64,000 nt of DNA, taken from positions 6,727 to 70,726 of the forward strand of contig CAXXYJ010000077.1 in assembly GCA_963664795.2 (NCBI GenBank), read 5' to 3'. Below the pieces are notes generated by a model. That model was not told the origin of the DNA, made no database searches, and was given only the letters and a program-made list of their open reading frames with translations. Of the stretch, positions 10,520 through 18,742 are shown one piece after another. Both the position numbers and the translations under genes were made by a program. Source of the DNA: Chloroflexota bacterium. Its GTDB lineage: Bacteria; Chloroflexota; UBA11872; VXNJ01. The stretch's first letter is position 1, and every line of letters begins with the position of its first letter.

Positions 10520-10832
10520 TTTTGAATGCGCCCGCAGCCTGAGGTGTCCGGATTGCATCTGCGCAATCTGCCACTCACCAGCTGCTTCGACGGTGCGGAT
10601 GGGAAGCGGTCGCGGCGACCACCAGTCTCCACGCCGGGAAACCGACCGACCCAGCAGTAGCGGTCTGGGCCTAATGCAGGCCGACCCCGGCCATAGAGCA
10701 CAGGGAGACTCTCGTGAGCGCGTCAGCCGCCGCGCATCTATCCCTGCCCGCTCATTGAGCGATCGCCCACCCGGACTCGGGGTTGACACCGTCATGTTCT
10801 CGGTCGTTTGATCGGGCGCAGTAAAGCCGCCT

Positions 10833-11669
10833 TCAGCCGGTGACGGCTCCGGCGGTAAGCCCCGCGGCCATGCGCCGCTGCACCAGCAGGGCGAACAGGA
10901 TGACCGGCAGGACCACCATCGTGCCCGCCGCGTGCAGCTGACCCCAGAGCACTTCCTCGACCCCGACGAAATTGAACACGCTAACCGGCGCTGTGCGGGC
11001 CTTGGCGCCGGCCACCGAGAAGGCGAACAGGAATTCGTTCCAGGAAAAGATCAGCAGCAGGATCGCGGTCGCGGCGATCCCCGGCGCCGCCAGCGGCAGC
11101 ACGATCCGCCAGATCAATTGCAACCGGGTGCAGCCGTCGACCAGGGCCGCCTCCTCCAATTCGCGTGGAATCTCGGCGATGAACTCGCGCAGCATCCAGA
11201 CCCCGATCGAGAGATTGAGCTGGACGTAGATCAGGACCAGCCCCTGGAGGGTGTCCATCAGGCCCAGCCTGGTCCAGAGAAAGAAGAACGGCAGCAGCAT
11301 CGCGATCGGAGGAATCGCCCGCGGCAGCAGCAGAAATATGCCGAACGCTCTCTTGCCGCGGAACTCGAACCGCGCTAGCACGTATCCGGCCGGGATCGAG
11401 ACCCCGAGCGCTACGATCACGGACCCGATCGAAACGATGATCGAATTGACGAAGAACCGCAGGAAGTCCTGGTGTACGCCGCCGATCACGTTTTTGTAGT
11501 GCTCCCAGGTGAATTCGAAAAACAGCAGCTTCGGGGTGAGCGAGAAAGCGTCGGTCTGGACCTTTACCGAGGTGGTCAGGACCAGGTACATCGGCAGTAC
11601 GGACCATATGAAGGCGGCGATCAGCCCGGCGTAGACGATGCCGTCTACGAGACGGCGGTTCCGGCGCAC
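10833..11669 (-). CDS. Carbohydrate ABC transporter permease (MalG/UgpE-like)
   Basis: 278 aa with six predicted TM segments and the EAA-loop region EIPRELEEAALVDGCTRLQLIWRIVLPLAAPG. Confidence 0.9.
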   Translation of the reverse strand: MRRNRRLVDGIVYAGLIAAFIWSVLPMYLVLTTSVKVQTDAFSLTPKLLFFEFTWEHYKNVIGGVHQDFLRFFVNSIIVSIGSVIVALGVSIPAGYVLARFEFRGKRAFGIFLLLPRAIPPIAMLLPFFFLWTRLGLMDTLQGLVLIYVQLNLSIGVWMLREFIAEIPRELEEAALVDGCTRLQLIWRIVLPLAAPGIAATAILLLIFSWNEFLFAFSVAGAKARTAPVSVFNFVGVEEVLWGQLHAAGTMVVLPVILFALLVQRRMAAGLTAGAVTG

Positions 11670-11691
11670 GGCTAGCCGGTCCCCGCCACGT

Positions 11692-12576
11692 TCAGTACGC
11701 CGCCCCGCGGCTGGCGGCCAGGGCCCTGGTGAAGATGGCGATCAGGACGAACGAGAAGAGCGTCATCGCCAGGCCGACCGCGGCCGCCCCACCGAAATTT
11801 GAGAACGAGAACATCGTCTCGTAGATGAATATCGGGAGCGTCATGGTGACCCGCCCGGGGCCGCCCTGGGTCATCACGTAGATCATGTCGAAGGTGCGGA
11901 AAGCGTCCAGCATCCGCAGCATCGTCACGACCAGCAGCACCGGCATGACCATCGGTAGGATCACGTAGCGGAACCGCTGCCAGGCGTTGGCGCCGTCGAT
12001 CGCGGCCGCCTCCAGCGGTTCGTCCGGGATCGAGAGCAGTCCGGCGAAGATCGTGATCGTCATGAACGGCGTCCAGTGCCAGATGTCGACCAGGATCACC
12101 CCCACGATCGCCATGTTCACGTCGCTCAGCGGCGCGATGCGCCCGAACCCCAGCAGATCGAACGCGTACCCGGTCAGGCCCCAGTTGGGATCGTATATCA
12201 GGGTCTTGAAGGTGAGCGCCGAGACCACCGGCGTCATGACCATGGGCAGCAGCAGGGCGACCCGGAAGAACGCGCTGCCGCGCAGGCGGCGGGTGAGCAT
12301 GATGGCGATGACCAGTCCGAGGATCAGCTGAAAGAAGACCGATCCGAACGTGAACGAGGCCGAGCGCAGGACCGAGTTGATGAAATTCGGGTCGTTGATC
12401 AGGAAGTCGAAGTTGCTTAGCCCAATCCAGCGCGGGTCCTCGACGCCGCCGCGCCAGAACGTGAACGCCAGGTAGAAGTTCAACAGCATCGGCGCCAGCG
12501 TCAGCACCACGAGCACCAGCAGGGCCGGCGAAAGACCCAGCCCGATCGAGAGGTTGCGGATGCGGAACCAGTTCAA
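11692..12576 (-). CDS. Carbohydrate ABC transporter permease (MalF/UgpA-like)
   Basis: 294 aa. EAA loop SIPDEPLEAAAIDGANAWQRFRYVILPMVMPVL; multi-TM. Confidence 0.9.
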   Translation of the reverse strand: MNWFRIRNLSIGLGLSPALLVLVVLTLAPMLLNFYLAFTFWRGGVEDPRWIGLSNFDFLINDPNFINSVLRSASFTFGSVFFQLILGLVIAIMLTRRLRGSAFFRVALLLPMVMTPVVSALTFKTLIYDPNWGLTGYAFDLLGFGRIAPLSDVNMAIVGVILVDIWHWTPFMTITIFAGLLSIPDEPLEAAAIDGANAWQRFRYVILPMVMPVLLVVTMLRMLDAFRTFDMIYVMTQGGPGRVTMTLPIFIYETMFSFSNFGGAAAVGLAMTLFSFVLIAIFTRALAASRGAAY

Positions 12577-12654
12577 ACGTCAACTCCAGACGGCTCGTGC
12601 AACCGGGGACGGTTCACGGGGACATCTGCCGCCGCCAGAACGACGCGCTAATTG

Positions 12655-12691
12655 GGCCACCGCCCGATTCCATTTGGGTCGGGCGGTGGCC
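12655..12691 (-). promoter_or_regulatory. Intercistronic stem-loop between the binding-protein and permease genes
   Basis: Perfect 13-bp stem (12655-12667 ggccaccgcccga and 12679-12691 tcgggcggtggcc) with an 11-nt loop, starting 12 nt after the binding-protein stop. No U-tract follows. Confidence 0.55.
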
Positions 12692-12702
12692 AAAACGGTT
12701 AG

Positions 12703-14214
12703 CTACGAGTAATAGCCGGCCTGCGTCATCAGGTTCTTCACCTGCTCGAAGGAGGATTGCGAACCCTCTTCGACCGTCTTTTCTCCGGCGACCATCGACG
12801 AGACCTCGATCCCCTGGATCCGCAGGATGTCCTGGGCCTCGGGTATCGGGCGCCCGTTCACGGACGTGACCAGGTAGTCGGGGCGGGCGGTCGAGATGCC
12901 GTGTCCGAACACTTCCGGCCATTTACCGAAGTTCTTGTCCTTGACAACGTCCTGCCACACGCTCTGCTGGGTGACCCAGTTGCGGGCGGTGACCCAGCGC
13001 AGCAGGGCAAAGCGCAGCGCGGTCAGACGCGAGCTGGCCCACTGCATGTAGAGCCAGGCCGGGTCCTTCTTCTCCGAGAAGTTGTTCATCGTCACGGTCC
13101 AGGTCCAGAAGCCGTGCTCGCCGTATTCGCCCTCGGTAACCCCGGGCAGGTAGTGGGCGCCCACCGTTCCGGCGACCTTGGAGGCGTTTGCGTCCTCAAA
13201 TCCGGGCGTGAACCCGAAGGTGTCCGGCAGCATGCCGGAGAGGCCGCCGCGGAAGTCTTCCAGGACGTCGCGCCAGATCTTGGTCGAAGACCCGGGCGGG
13301 CCGTACTTGGTCACCAGGTCGATGTACTTCTGGGTACCGGCCAGGCTCTCGGGGGAGTTGATGATCGACTCCCAGTCGTCATTGAGGTACCCGCCACCGT
13401 AGGTGTAGGGGAACGCCGGGTACATGATCTGCAGGAATCCGCCGCGAAGCGAAATCCCGTAGAAGTCGTTCTCGGGGTCGTGCAGCTTGGCCGCAGTCTC
13501 CTCCAGCTCGTCCATCGTATTCGGAGGGTCTTGGATTCCGGCTTCCTCGAACTTGTCGACTCGGAAGAAGTTCGCGTGCGTAACCGCGTCGAACGGCACC
13601 GCGCCGATCTCGTCGCCCGCGGTGACCGCGCCCCTCACCGAGGGGTGGACGTCGTTGAAGTCGTACCACTCGATGTCGGTGTGGTCGGGGTCGGTCAGGT
13701 AACCGCTCAGGTCCTGGATCAGTCCGCCGGAGAGCCAGCGCGGGATGTTAAAGGCCGCCGACCAGAAAAGGTCGTAGTTGGCCGAGCGCGAGGTCAGTTC
13801 CAGGTTGGTCTTGTCGAACAGCTGGGTCTCGCCGAGCAGCTCGTAGTTCACCGTGATTCCGGTGATCTGCTCGAATTCCGGCAACAGGCCCTGCTGCCAC
13901 TGGGTCACGAACCCGTTAACGCCGAGAACGTTGATTTCCTGGCCGGCGTACTTGCGCCAGTCGACATTGGCGGCTTCGTAGGAGACGTCCTGCGGGCCTT
14001 CGACCTCCTGGACGACCTGTACTTCAACCAGGCGCTCGACCGGGATTTCGACTTCGACCGTCACCTCTTTGATGACCTCGACCTCTTTTTCGACCACCTG
14101 GGTGACGATGCGTTCAACTTCCACCGTCTCGCCGCAGGCGGCCAGGATCGCGGTCGCGCCGGCGACCATTCCGGTCCCCAGAAATCTCCGCCGGCTGACT
14201 CTTGCCTTGCTCAT
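12703..14214 (-). CDS. Extracellular solute-binding lipoprotein of the sugar ABC transporter
   Basis: Start moved to ATG 14214, preceded by GGGGAGG; the tracked ORF starts at 14235. Twin-arginine/lipobox signal MSKARVSRRRFLGTGMVAGATAILAAC, then a Val/Glu-rich linker, then an SBP family-1-like body. Confidence 0.9.
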   Translation of the reverse strand: MSKARVSRRRFLGTGMVAGATAILAACGETVEVERIVTQVVEKEVEVIKEVTVEVEIPVERLVEVQVVQEVEGPQDVSYEAANVDWRKYAGQEINVLGVNGFVTQWQQGLLPEFEQITGITVNYELLGETQLFDKTNLELTSRSANYDLFWSAAFNIPRWLSGGLIQDLSGYLTDPDHTDIEWYDFNDVHPSVRGAVTAGDEIGAVPFDAVTHANFFRVDKFEEAGIQDPPNTMDELEETAAKLHDPENDFYGISLRGGFLQIMYPAFPYTYGGGYLNDDWESIINSPESLAGTQKYIDLVTKYGPPGSSTKIWRDVLEDFRGGLSGMLPDTFGFTPGFEDANASKVAGTVGAHYLPGVTEGEYGEHGFWTWTVTMNNFSEKKDPAWLYMQWASSRLTALRFALLRWVTARNWVTQQSVWQDVVKDKNFGKWPEVFGHGISTARPDYLVTSVNGRPIPEAQDILRIQGIEVSSMVAGEKTVEEGSQSSFEQVKNLMTQAGYYS

Positions 14215-14325
14215 CTCGGCCTCCCCGATCACCACATAGCGCAGTGTGCGCTTAGTCTAATTTCGGAGCTATGTCCGCGCTTTGCGCTGACTTTGCAGAA
14301 CAGGTCCGAAATAGGGATTAGCCGC

Positions 14326-14778
14326 GTGGATCATTTCTGGGCAATACCGGGCAGCCTGGGCGGGGGGTCGCACCCAGCCCGCCATGGCGAACTGGCCGGG
14401 CAGCTGAAGGTGCTATCCGACCTGGGCTACGGCGCGGTCCTGACGCTGACCGCCGACGGGATGGATGCGAGCGCCCTGGCCGCGGCCGGACTGGACGGAT
14501 TGCATCTGCCGATCCCCGAATCCGGCGCCCCCAGCCGGGCGCAGATGGACCGCGCGGTCCGGTTCGTTCAGGACTCCAACCGCGCCGGCAGGGCGGTGTT
14601 CGCGCACTGTTTCGCCGGGTACGGTCGCACCGGGGTCGTGATCGCCGGGCTGATGATCGCCGGCGGCGAGGAGCCCCGCGCGGCGATCGACCGGGTGCGG
14701 CGGCTGCGGCCGGGCGCGGTCGAATCCGCCCGCCAGGAAGAGTTCCTGCTCGGGATGGCCGCCCGGGACAGGGGCTGA
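14326..14778 (+). CDS. Dual-specificity / tyrosine protein phosphatase (CX5R)
   Basis: The true gene is the 3' end of spurious ORF 12757..14778. From GTG 14326 it reads VDHFWAIPGSLGGGSHP... with the P-loop FAHCFAGYGRTG. Confidence 0.75.
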   Translation: MDHFWAIPGSLGGGSHPARHGELAGQLKVLSDLGYGAVLTLTADGMDASALAAAGLDGLHLPIPESGAPSRAQMDRAVRFVQDSNRAGRAVFAHCFAGYGRTGVVIAGLMIAGGEEPRAAIDRVRRLRPGAVESARQEEFLLGMAARDRG

Positions 14779-14803
14779 GCCGCCGCCGCGGCAAGCTCCC
14801 CGC

Positions 14804-15700
14804 CTATCTGGCTACGTAGACGGGCTGTTCGATCGGCAGGTCGTTCTGGCGCGACCACTCGTGCCAGGAGCCGAAGTAGTTGCGGAAATTCCCGTAGCCG
14901 GCCATTCGCAGGCCGATGTAGCCGCAGGCCGAACGCGCGCCGCCGTTGCAGTAGACGACGACTTCCTTTTCGGAACTGATTTCGCGCTGGGCCAGCTCGG
15001 CCGCGATCTCGCGTTCGTTGCGCATCTGCCCGTCGGCGCCGACCAGCATCTCCCAGTTCATCCAGACCGCGCCCGGGATGTGTCCGTGGCGGGGGTTCTC
15101 GCGGCTGTCCGAGCCGTCGTACTCCTCGATCGTGCGCATGTCGATGATCTGGAAATTCGGATCCTCGAGCCGCTCCCGGATGTAGTCGGCGGTCGCCAGC
15201 ACCTGCGGGCGCGGGCTCGGGGAGAGGTTGCCGCCGCCGGGGAGCGGGTTGGCCTCCACCTGGATCGAGCCGCCGAAATCGAGCCAGTTGCGGTAGCCGC
15301 CGTCCAGGATCTGGGCCGGGGCGTGACCGAGGTAATCAAGCATCCAGAAGGCGCGGCAGACCGCCCAGCCGGTAAAGCTCTGGTATAGGACCACGGTCGA
15401 GTCGTTGTCGACCCCGGCCGAGCGGAACATGTCGACCAGATAACGGGTCGCCTCGATGCGCTGCTCCTCGGTCCGAATGATCGGGTGGTAGCTGCGAACG
15501 TCGATGTTTAGCGCCCCGACGATGTGGCCGGCTTCGTATTCGGCCGGGCTGCGCAGGTCCAGGATCGCCAGCTTGCGATCGTTTTCCATCCAGGTATTTA
15601 GTTCATGCGGTTGACATAACATCGCGTATCGGCGCACCTGAGCAAGTGGTTCGGCGCAGAATTCTATGTGTCGGGCGAGACTGATTCGGTGAAACGCCAA
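14804..15700 (-). CDS. Two-domain rhodanese sulfurtransferase (thiosulfate/3-mercaptopyruvate type)
   Basis: 298 aa with two rhodanese repeats and the catalytic loop VVVYCNGGARSA. The start may be the internal Met at MLCQPHEL. Confidence 0.85.
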   Translation of the reverse strand: MAFHRISLARHIEFCAEPLAQVRRYAMLCQPHELNTWMENDRKLAILDLRSPAEYEAGHIVGALNIDVRSYHPIIRTEEQRIEATRYLVDMFRSAGVDNDSTVVLYQSFTGWAVCRAFWMLDYLGHAPAQILDGGYRNWLDFGGSIQVEANPLPGGGNLSPSPRPQVLATADYIRERLEDPNFQIIDMRTIEEYDGSDSRENPRHGHIPGAVWMNWEMLVGADGQMRNEREIAAELAQREISSEKEVVVYCNGGARSACGYIGLRMAGYGNFRNYFGSWHEWSRQNDLPIEQPVYVAR

Positions 15701-16407
15701 TGAACCGATCTACCGCAGCCGCCAGGCCGGCGGCGGTCTGCTTCGACGGGTTCGGTACCCTGTTCCGGCTCGGCGAAGGCGATCCCGCCCGGGCCGTCTG
15801 CGACCGCCTGCGCGGCCTGGGATACGGCGGCGGCGAGGCGGCGGTGGCGGACGGTCTGCGCGCCGAGTTCCCCTACTACCGCTCGCATCACAAGTTCGTT
15901 CGCAACCCCGGGCAACTTGCGGACCTGCAGCGACGCTGCGGCCAGATCGTACTGGACGCGCTCGGCGATGAGGCGGCCGGGATCGCGCCGCTGGCGGTGG
16001 GCCGGGCGATCGCCGACAGCTTTCCGCCGCTTCTTTTTCCGGAGACCCGCAGCGCCCTGGAGCGCGCCCGCCGCGCCGGCGCGGTCATCGGAGTGCTCTC
16101 GAACTATTCCTTCGTTCTGGAGGAGACGCTGCGCGAACTCGCGATCGATAGCCTCTTTGACTTTGCGGTGGTGTCGGGCCTGGAGGGCATCGCCAAACCG
16201 GACCCGGAGATATTCGCCATCGCCCGCCGGCGCGCCGGCGTCGGGGATGCCCCGATCGCCCACATCGGAGATTCGTACCCCGAGGACTACGTCGGCGCCG
16301 AACGGGCCGAATTCCGGGCGGTGCTGCTCCAGCGTTCGGGGGCAGAGCCTCCGGCCGCAACGCTGGCGGCCCGGGACCTGAACGGGGCCCTGGACCTGAT
16401 TCTCTGA
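15700..16407 (+). CDS. HAD-superfamily hydrolase (haloacid-dehalogenase-like, subfamily IA)
   Basis: Motif I CFDGFGTLF, motif II VLSNYS, motif IV HIGDSYPEDY. Confidence 0.8.
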   Translation: MNRSTAAARPAAVCFDGFGTLFRLGEGDPARAVCDRLRGLGYGGGEAAVADGLRAEFPYYRSHHKFVRNPGQLADLQRRCGQIVLDALGDEAAGIAPLAVGRAIADSFPPLLFPETRSALERARRAGAVIGVLSNYSFVLEETLRELAIDSLFDFAVVSGLEGIAKPDPEIFAIARRRAGVGDAPIAHIGDSYPEDYVGAERAEFRAVLLQRSGAEPPAATLAARDLNGALDLIL

Positions 16408-16435
16408 ATGGTCCCGGCCGCAAGCCGGTCCGGCG

Positions 16436-16885
16436 TTATTCGGGGCCCGAATCCAGCGTCTTGATCATCATCAGGGCGGCCCTGGCGGCCTCGAAACCGC
16501 GATTGGTCTCGTCGTCCCGGGTTCGGTCGATAGCCTGCTGTTCGTTGTCCAGGGTCAGGACCCCGAATATCACCGGCACGCCGGTGTCCAGCCCCGCCTG
16601 CATGATCCCGCGCGCGCACTCGGCGGCAACGTAGTCAAAGTGCGGCGTGTCGGAGCGGATGATGCAGCCCAGGCAGATGACCGCGGCGTAGGAGCGGCTT
16701 CCGGCCAGCTTCTTGGCCAGCAGCGGTAGTTCGAACGAGCCCGGAGCGCGGAAGACCTCGACCGCGGCCGGCGCCGGGTCCGGACCGCCGCCGTCCAGGC
16801 CGGCGCGGACCCCGGCCAGCAGCTTGTCGGTGAAGCGGCGGTGGTAGTCGGTTACCGCGATTGCGATCTTGCCGCCCTGGGCCAC
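16436..16885 (-). CDS. ribH: 6,7-dimethyl-8-ribityllumazine synthase
   Basis: 149 aa. VFRAPGSFELPLLAKKLA, AVICLGCIIRSDTPHFDYVA, GVPVIFGVLT. Last gene of the rib operon. Confidence 0.95.
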   Translation of the reverse strand: MAQGGKIAIAVTDYHRRFTDKLLAGVRAGLDGGGPDPAPAAVEVFRAPGSFELPLLAKKLAGSRSYAAVICLGCIIRSDTPHFDYVAAECARGIMQAGLDTGVPVIFGVLTLDNEQQAIDRTRDDETNRGFEAARAALMMIKTLDSGPE

Positions 16886-16886
16886 T

Positions 16887-18092
16887 TCAGTCCCGCTCGG
16901 CCAGCTTTAATTCGTGCCCCATGCGGTCGCGCTTGGTGGCCATGTAGAAGTGGTTGTGTTCGTTCGGTTCGACCTGCAGGGGCACCTGCTCGACGATCTC
17001 CAGTCCGTAACCGGAGATCTCCACCCGCTTGCGGGGATTGTTGGTCAGCAGCCTGAGCTTGGTGACCCCCAGCTCGCCCAGGATCTGCGCGCCGATTCCG
17101 TAGTCGCGTTCGTCGGGCAGAAAGCCCAGCGCGATGTTGGCGTCGACGGTGTCGAGCCCCTCCTGCTGCTGCAGGGCGTAGGCGCGCAGCTTGTTGGCCA
17201 GTCCGATCCCGCGGCCCTCCTGGCGCATGTAGAGGATCACGCCGCGTCCCTCGGCGGCCACCCGCTGCAGGGCGGTTTTGAGCTGCGGTCCGCAATCGCA
17301 GCGCATCGATTCGAAGACGTCGCCGGTCAGGCATTCATCGTGCACCCTGACCAGGGTCGGCTCGCCCGGCTCGATCAGCCCGATCACCAGAGCCACGTGG
17401 TCGTCGCCGGTCACCGAGTCGCGGAACGCGGTCGCGGTAAATTCCCCCCAGGGGGTTGGAATCTGGGCCGAGGCCACGCGCTCGACCAGCTTTTCGGACT
17501 TGCGCCGATGCGCGATCAGATCGGTGGTCGAGAGGGTCCTCCAGCCCCTGGCCGAAGCCAGTTCCGCGGCCGCGTCGGCGCCCAGCGGGTCGCCCTTCTC
17601 GTCCAGCAGGCGACCGAAGAGGACGGCGGGCTCGACGCCGGCCAGGACGGCCAGATCCGTGGCCGCTTCGGTGACCCCGGGTCGGCGCAGCACCCCGCCG
17701 TCGAATGCCCGCAGGGGCCTGACCAGGCCGGGTTTTTTGAGCTGCTGCGGCCTGGTCTCGGCCGAACCCAGGGCCCGGATGGTGGCCGCCTGCCCGGTGA
17801 CCGAGTAGGAATCGGGACCGATCAGGTCGACCGTTTCGCAGAAAGCCGGGCTGGCCGGCATCACGGCCGCCGGGGTGTGCTCCTGGGCGATGCCCAGGCG
17901 GGTCAGCGACGCGGCGGTCATGGCCACGAACGCCCCGCCGGAGATGCGCATCACTTCCAGCAGGGCCGCACTGGTGACGGCGGCCGCCGGGATGGTGAGG
18001 GTGGCGACGAAATCGCCGCGGCCGGCGCTGTTGATCACGACCGGCTCTCCGGCCGCGAAGCTATCGGCGGCGGCCGAAACGCGGCCGTTCAT
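16887..18092 (-). CDS. ribBA: RibBA-type fusion: intact GTP cyclohydrolase II domain, degenerate DHBP-synthase-like N-domain
   Basis: C-half reads RVHDECLTGDVFESMRCDCGPQL, GRGIGLANKLRAYALQ, DTVDANIALG..DERDYGIGAQIL. The N-half is colinear with RibB but lacks DDEDRENEGD (reads VVINSAGRGDF) and both His residues (KPGLVRPL and RRPGVTEA). Confidence 0.9.
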   Translation of the reverse strand: MNGRVSAAADSFAAGEPVVINSAGRGDFVATLTIPAAAVTSAALLEVMRISGGAFVAMTAASLTRLGIAQEHTPAAVMPASPAFCETVDLIGPDSYSVTGQAATIRALGSAETRPQQLKKPGLVRPLRAFDGGVLRRPGVTEAATDLAVLAGVEPAVLFGRLLDEKGDPLGADAAAELASARGWRTLSTTDLIAHRRKSEKLVERVASAQIPTPWGEFTATAFRDSVTGDDHVALVIGLIEPGEPTLVRVHDECLTGDVFESMRCDCGPQLKTALQRVAAEGRGVILYMRQEGRGIGLANKLRAYALQQQEGLDTVDANIALGFLPDERDYGIGAQILGELGVTKLRLLTNNPRKRVEISGYGLEIVEQVPLQVEPNEHNHFYMATKRDRMGHELKLAERD

Positions 18093-18688
18093 GTGCCCGT
18101 TGCGGCCGAATCGGCCAGCGCGACCACGTACTTTGCCAGCACGTCCGTCTCCAGATTGCAGCTAGTTCCCAGATCCAGCCCGCCGAGGGTCGTAACCGAC
18201 CGCGTGTGCGGGATCAATGCGACCTTGAACCAGTCCGGGCCGGTTTCGACCACGGTCAGGCTGACCCCGTCTACTGCCACGTAACCCTTCTCCACGATCT
18301 GCGTGCGGTACTGCGGTGGATGCGAAAAGGTTATAAGTTGCGCCTCTCCGTCGGGATCGATTGCCCTGACCGAGACGGTGCAATCCACGTGCGCCTGGAC
18401 GAAATGGCCGCCGAGGCGGGAGTCGGCCCGCAGTGCGCGCTCCAGGTTGACCGGTTGACCGGTCCGCAGGGATCCCAGATTGGTGCGGCGTCGGGTCTCG
18501 TCGACGACTTCGACCGCGAATCTGCCGTTTTTGGCCTCCACTACGGTCAGGCAGGCGCCGGCCACCGCGACGCTCTCGCCGATTTGGAGTTCGTCCACAA
18601 AGCTGGCTCGGAGCGAGAGTCGCATCAGGCCCTGATTGCTGCGCGCCCGTTCGACCCTGCCAACCTCTTCGACCAGACCGGTGAACAT
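18089..18688 (-). CDS. ribE: Riboflavin synthase alpha chain
   Basis: MFTGLVEEVGRV..., two lumazine-binding repeats, ATGA overlap with ribBA. Confidence 0.95.
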   Translation of the reverse strand: MFTGLVEEVGRVERARSNQGLMRLSLRASFVDELQIGESVAVAGACLTVVEAKNGRFAVEVVDETRRRTNLGSLRTGQPVNLERALRADSRLGGHFVQAHVDCTVSVRAIDPDGEAQLITFSHPPQYRTQIVEKGYVAVDGVSLTVVETGPDWFKVALIPHTRSVTTLGGLDLGTSCNLETDVLAKYVVALADSAATGT

Positions 18689-18742
18689 GTGCTTCCTAGC
18701 GATGGTGCCGTGGTTCGGCCCGAGCCAGATTTTCGCCGCCGC

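Larger units (their letters stand above)
8150..10560. other. Low-G+C islet (roughly 45-57% G+C in sampled 60-nt lines versus about 65-72% in flanks) carrying a two-gene AbiE-like cassette
   Basis: Composition drops visibly from about 8160 and recovers near 10560. It lies between same-strand genes of one sugar ABC transporter. No integrase, transposase or flanking direct repeat was recognised. Confidence 0.6.

Noticed and set aside
8059-10832. Calling the islet a mobile element (integrative element or transposon)
   Set aside because: No integrase, transposase or recombinase ORF. No terminal inverted repeats or flanking direct repeats beyond trivial GC-rich matches. No tRNA at either border. 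Only the compositional shift and gene content support foreign origin.
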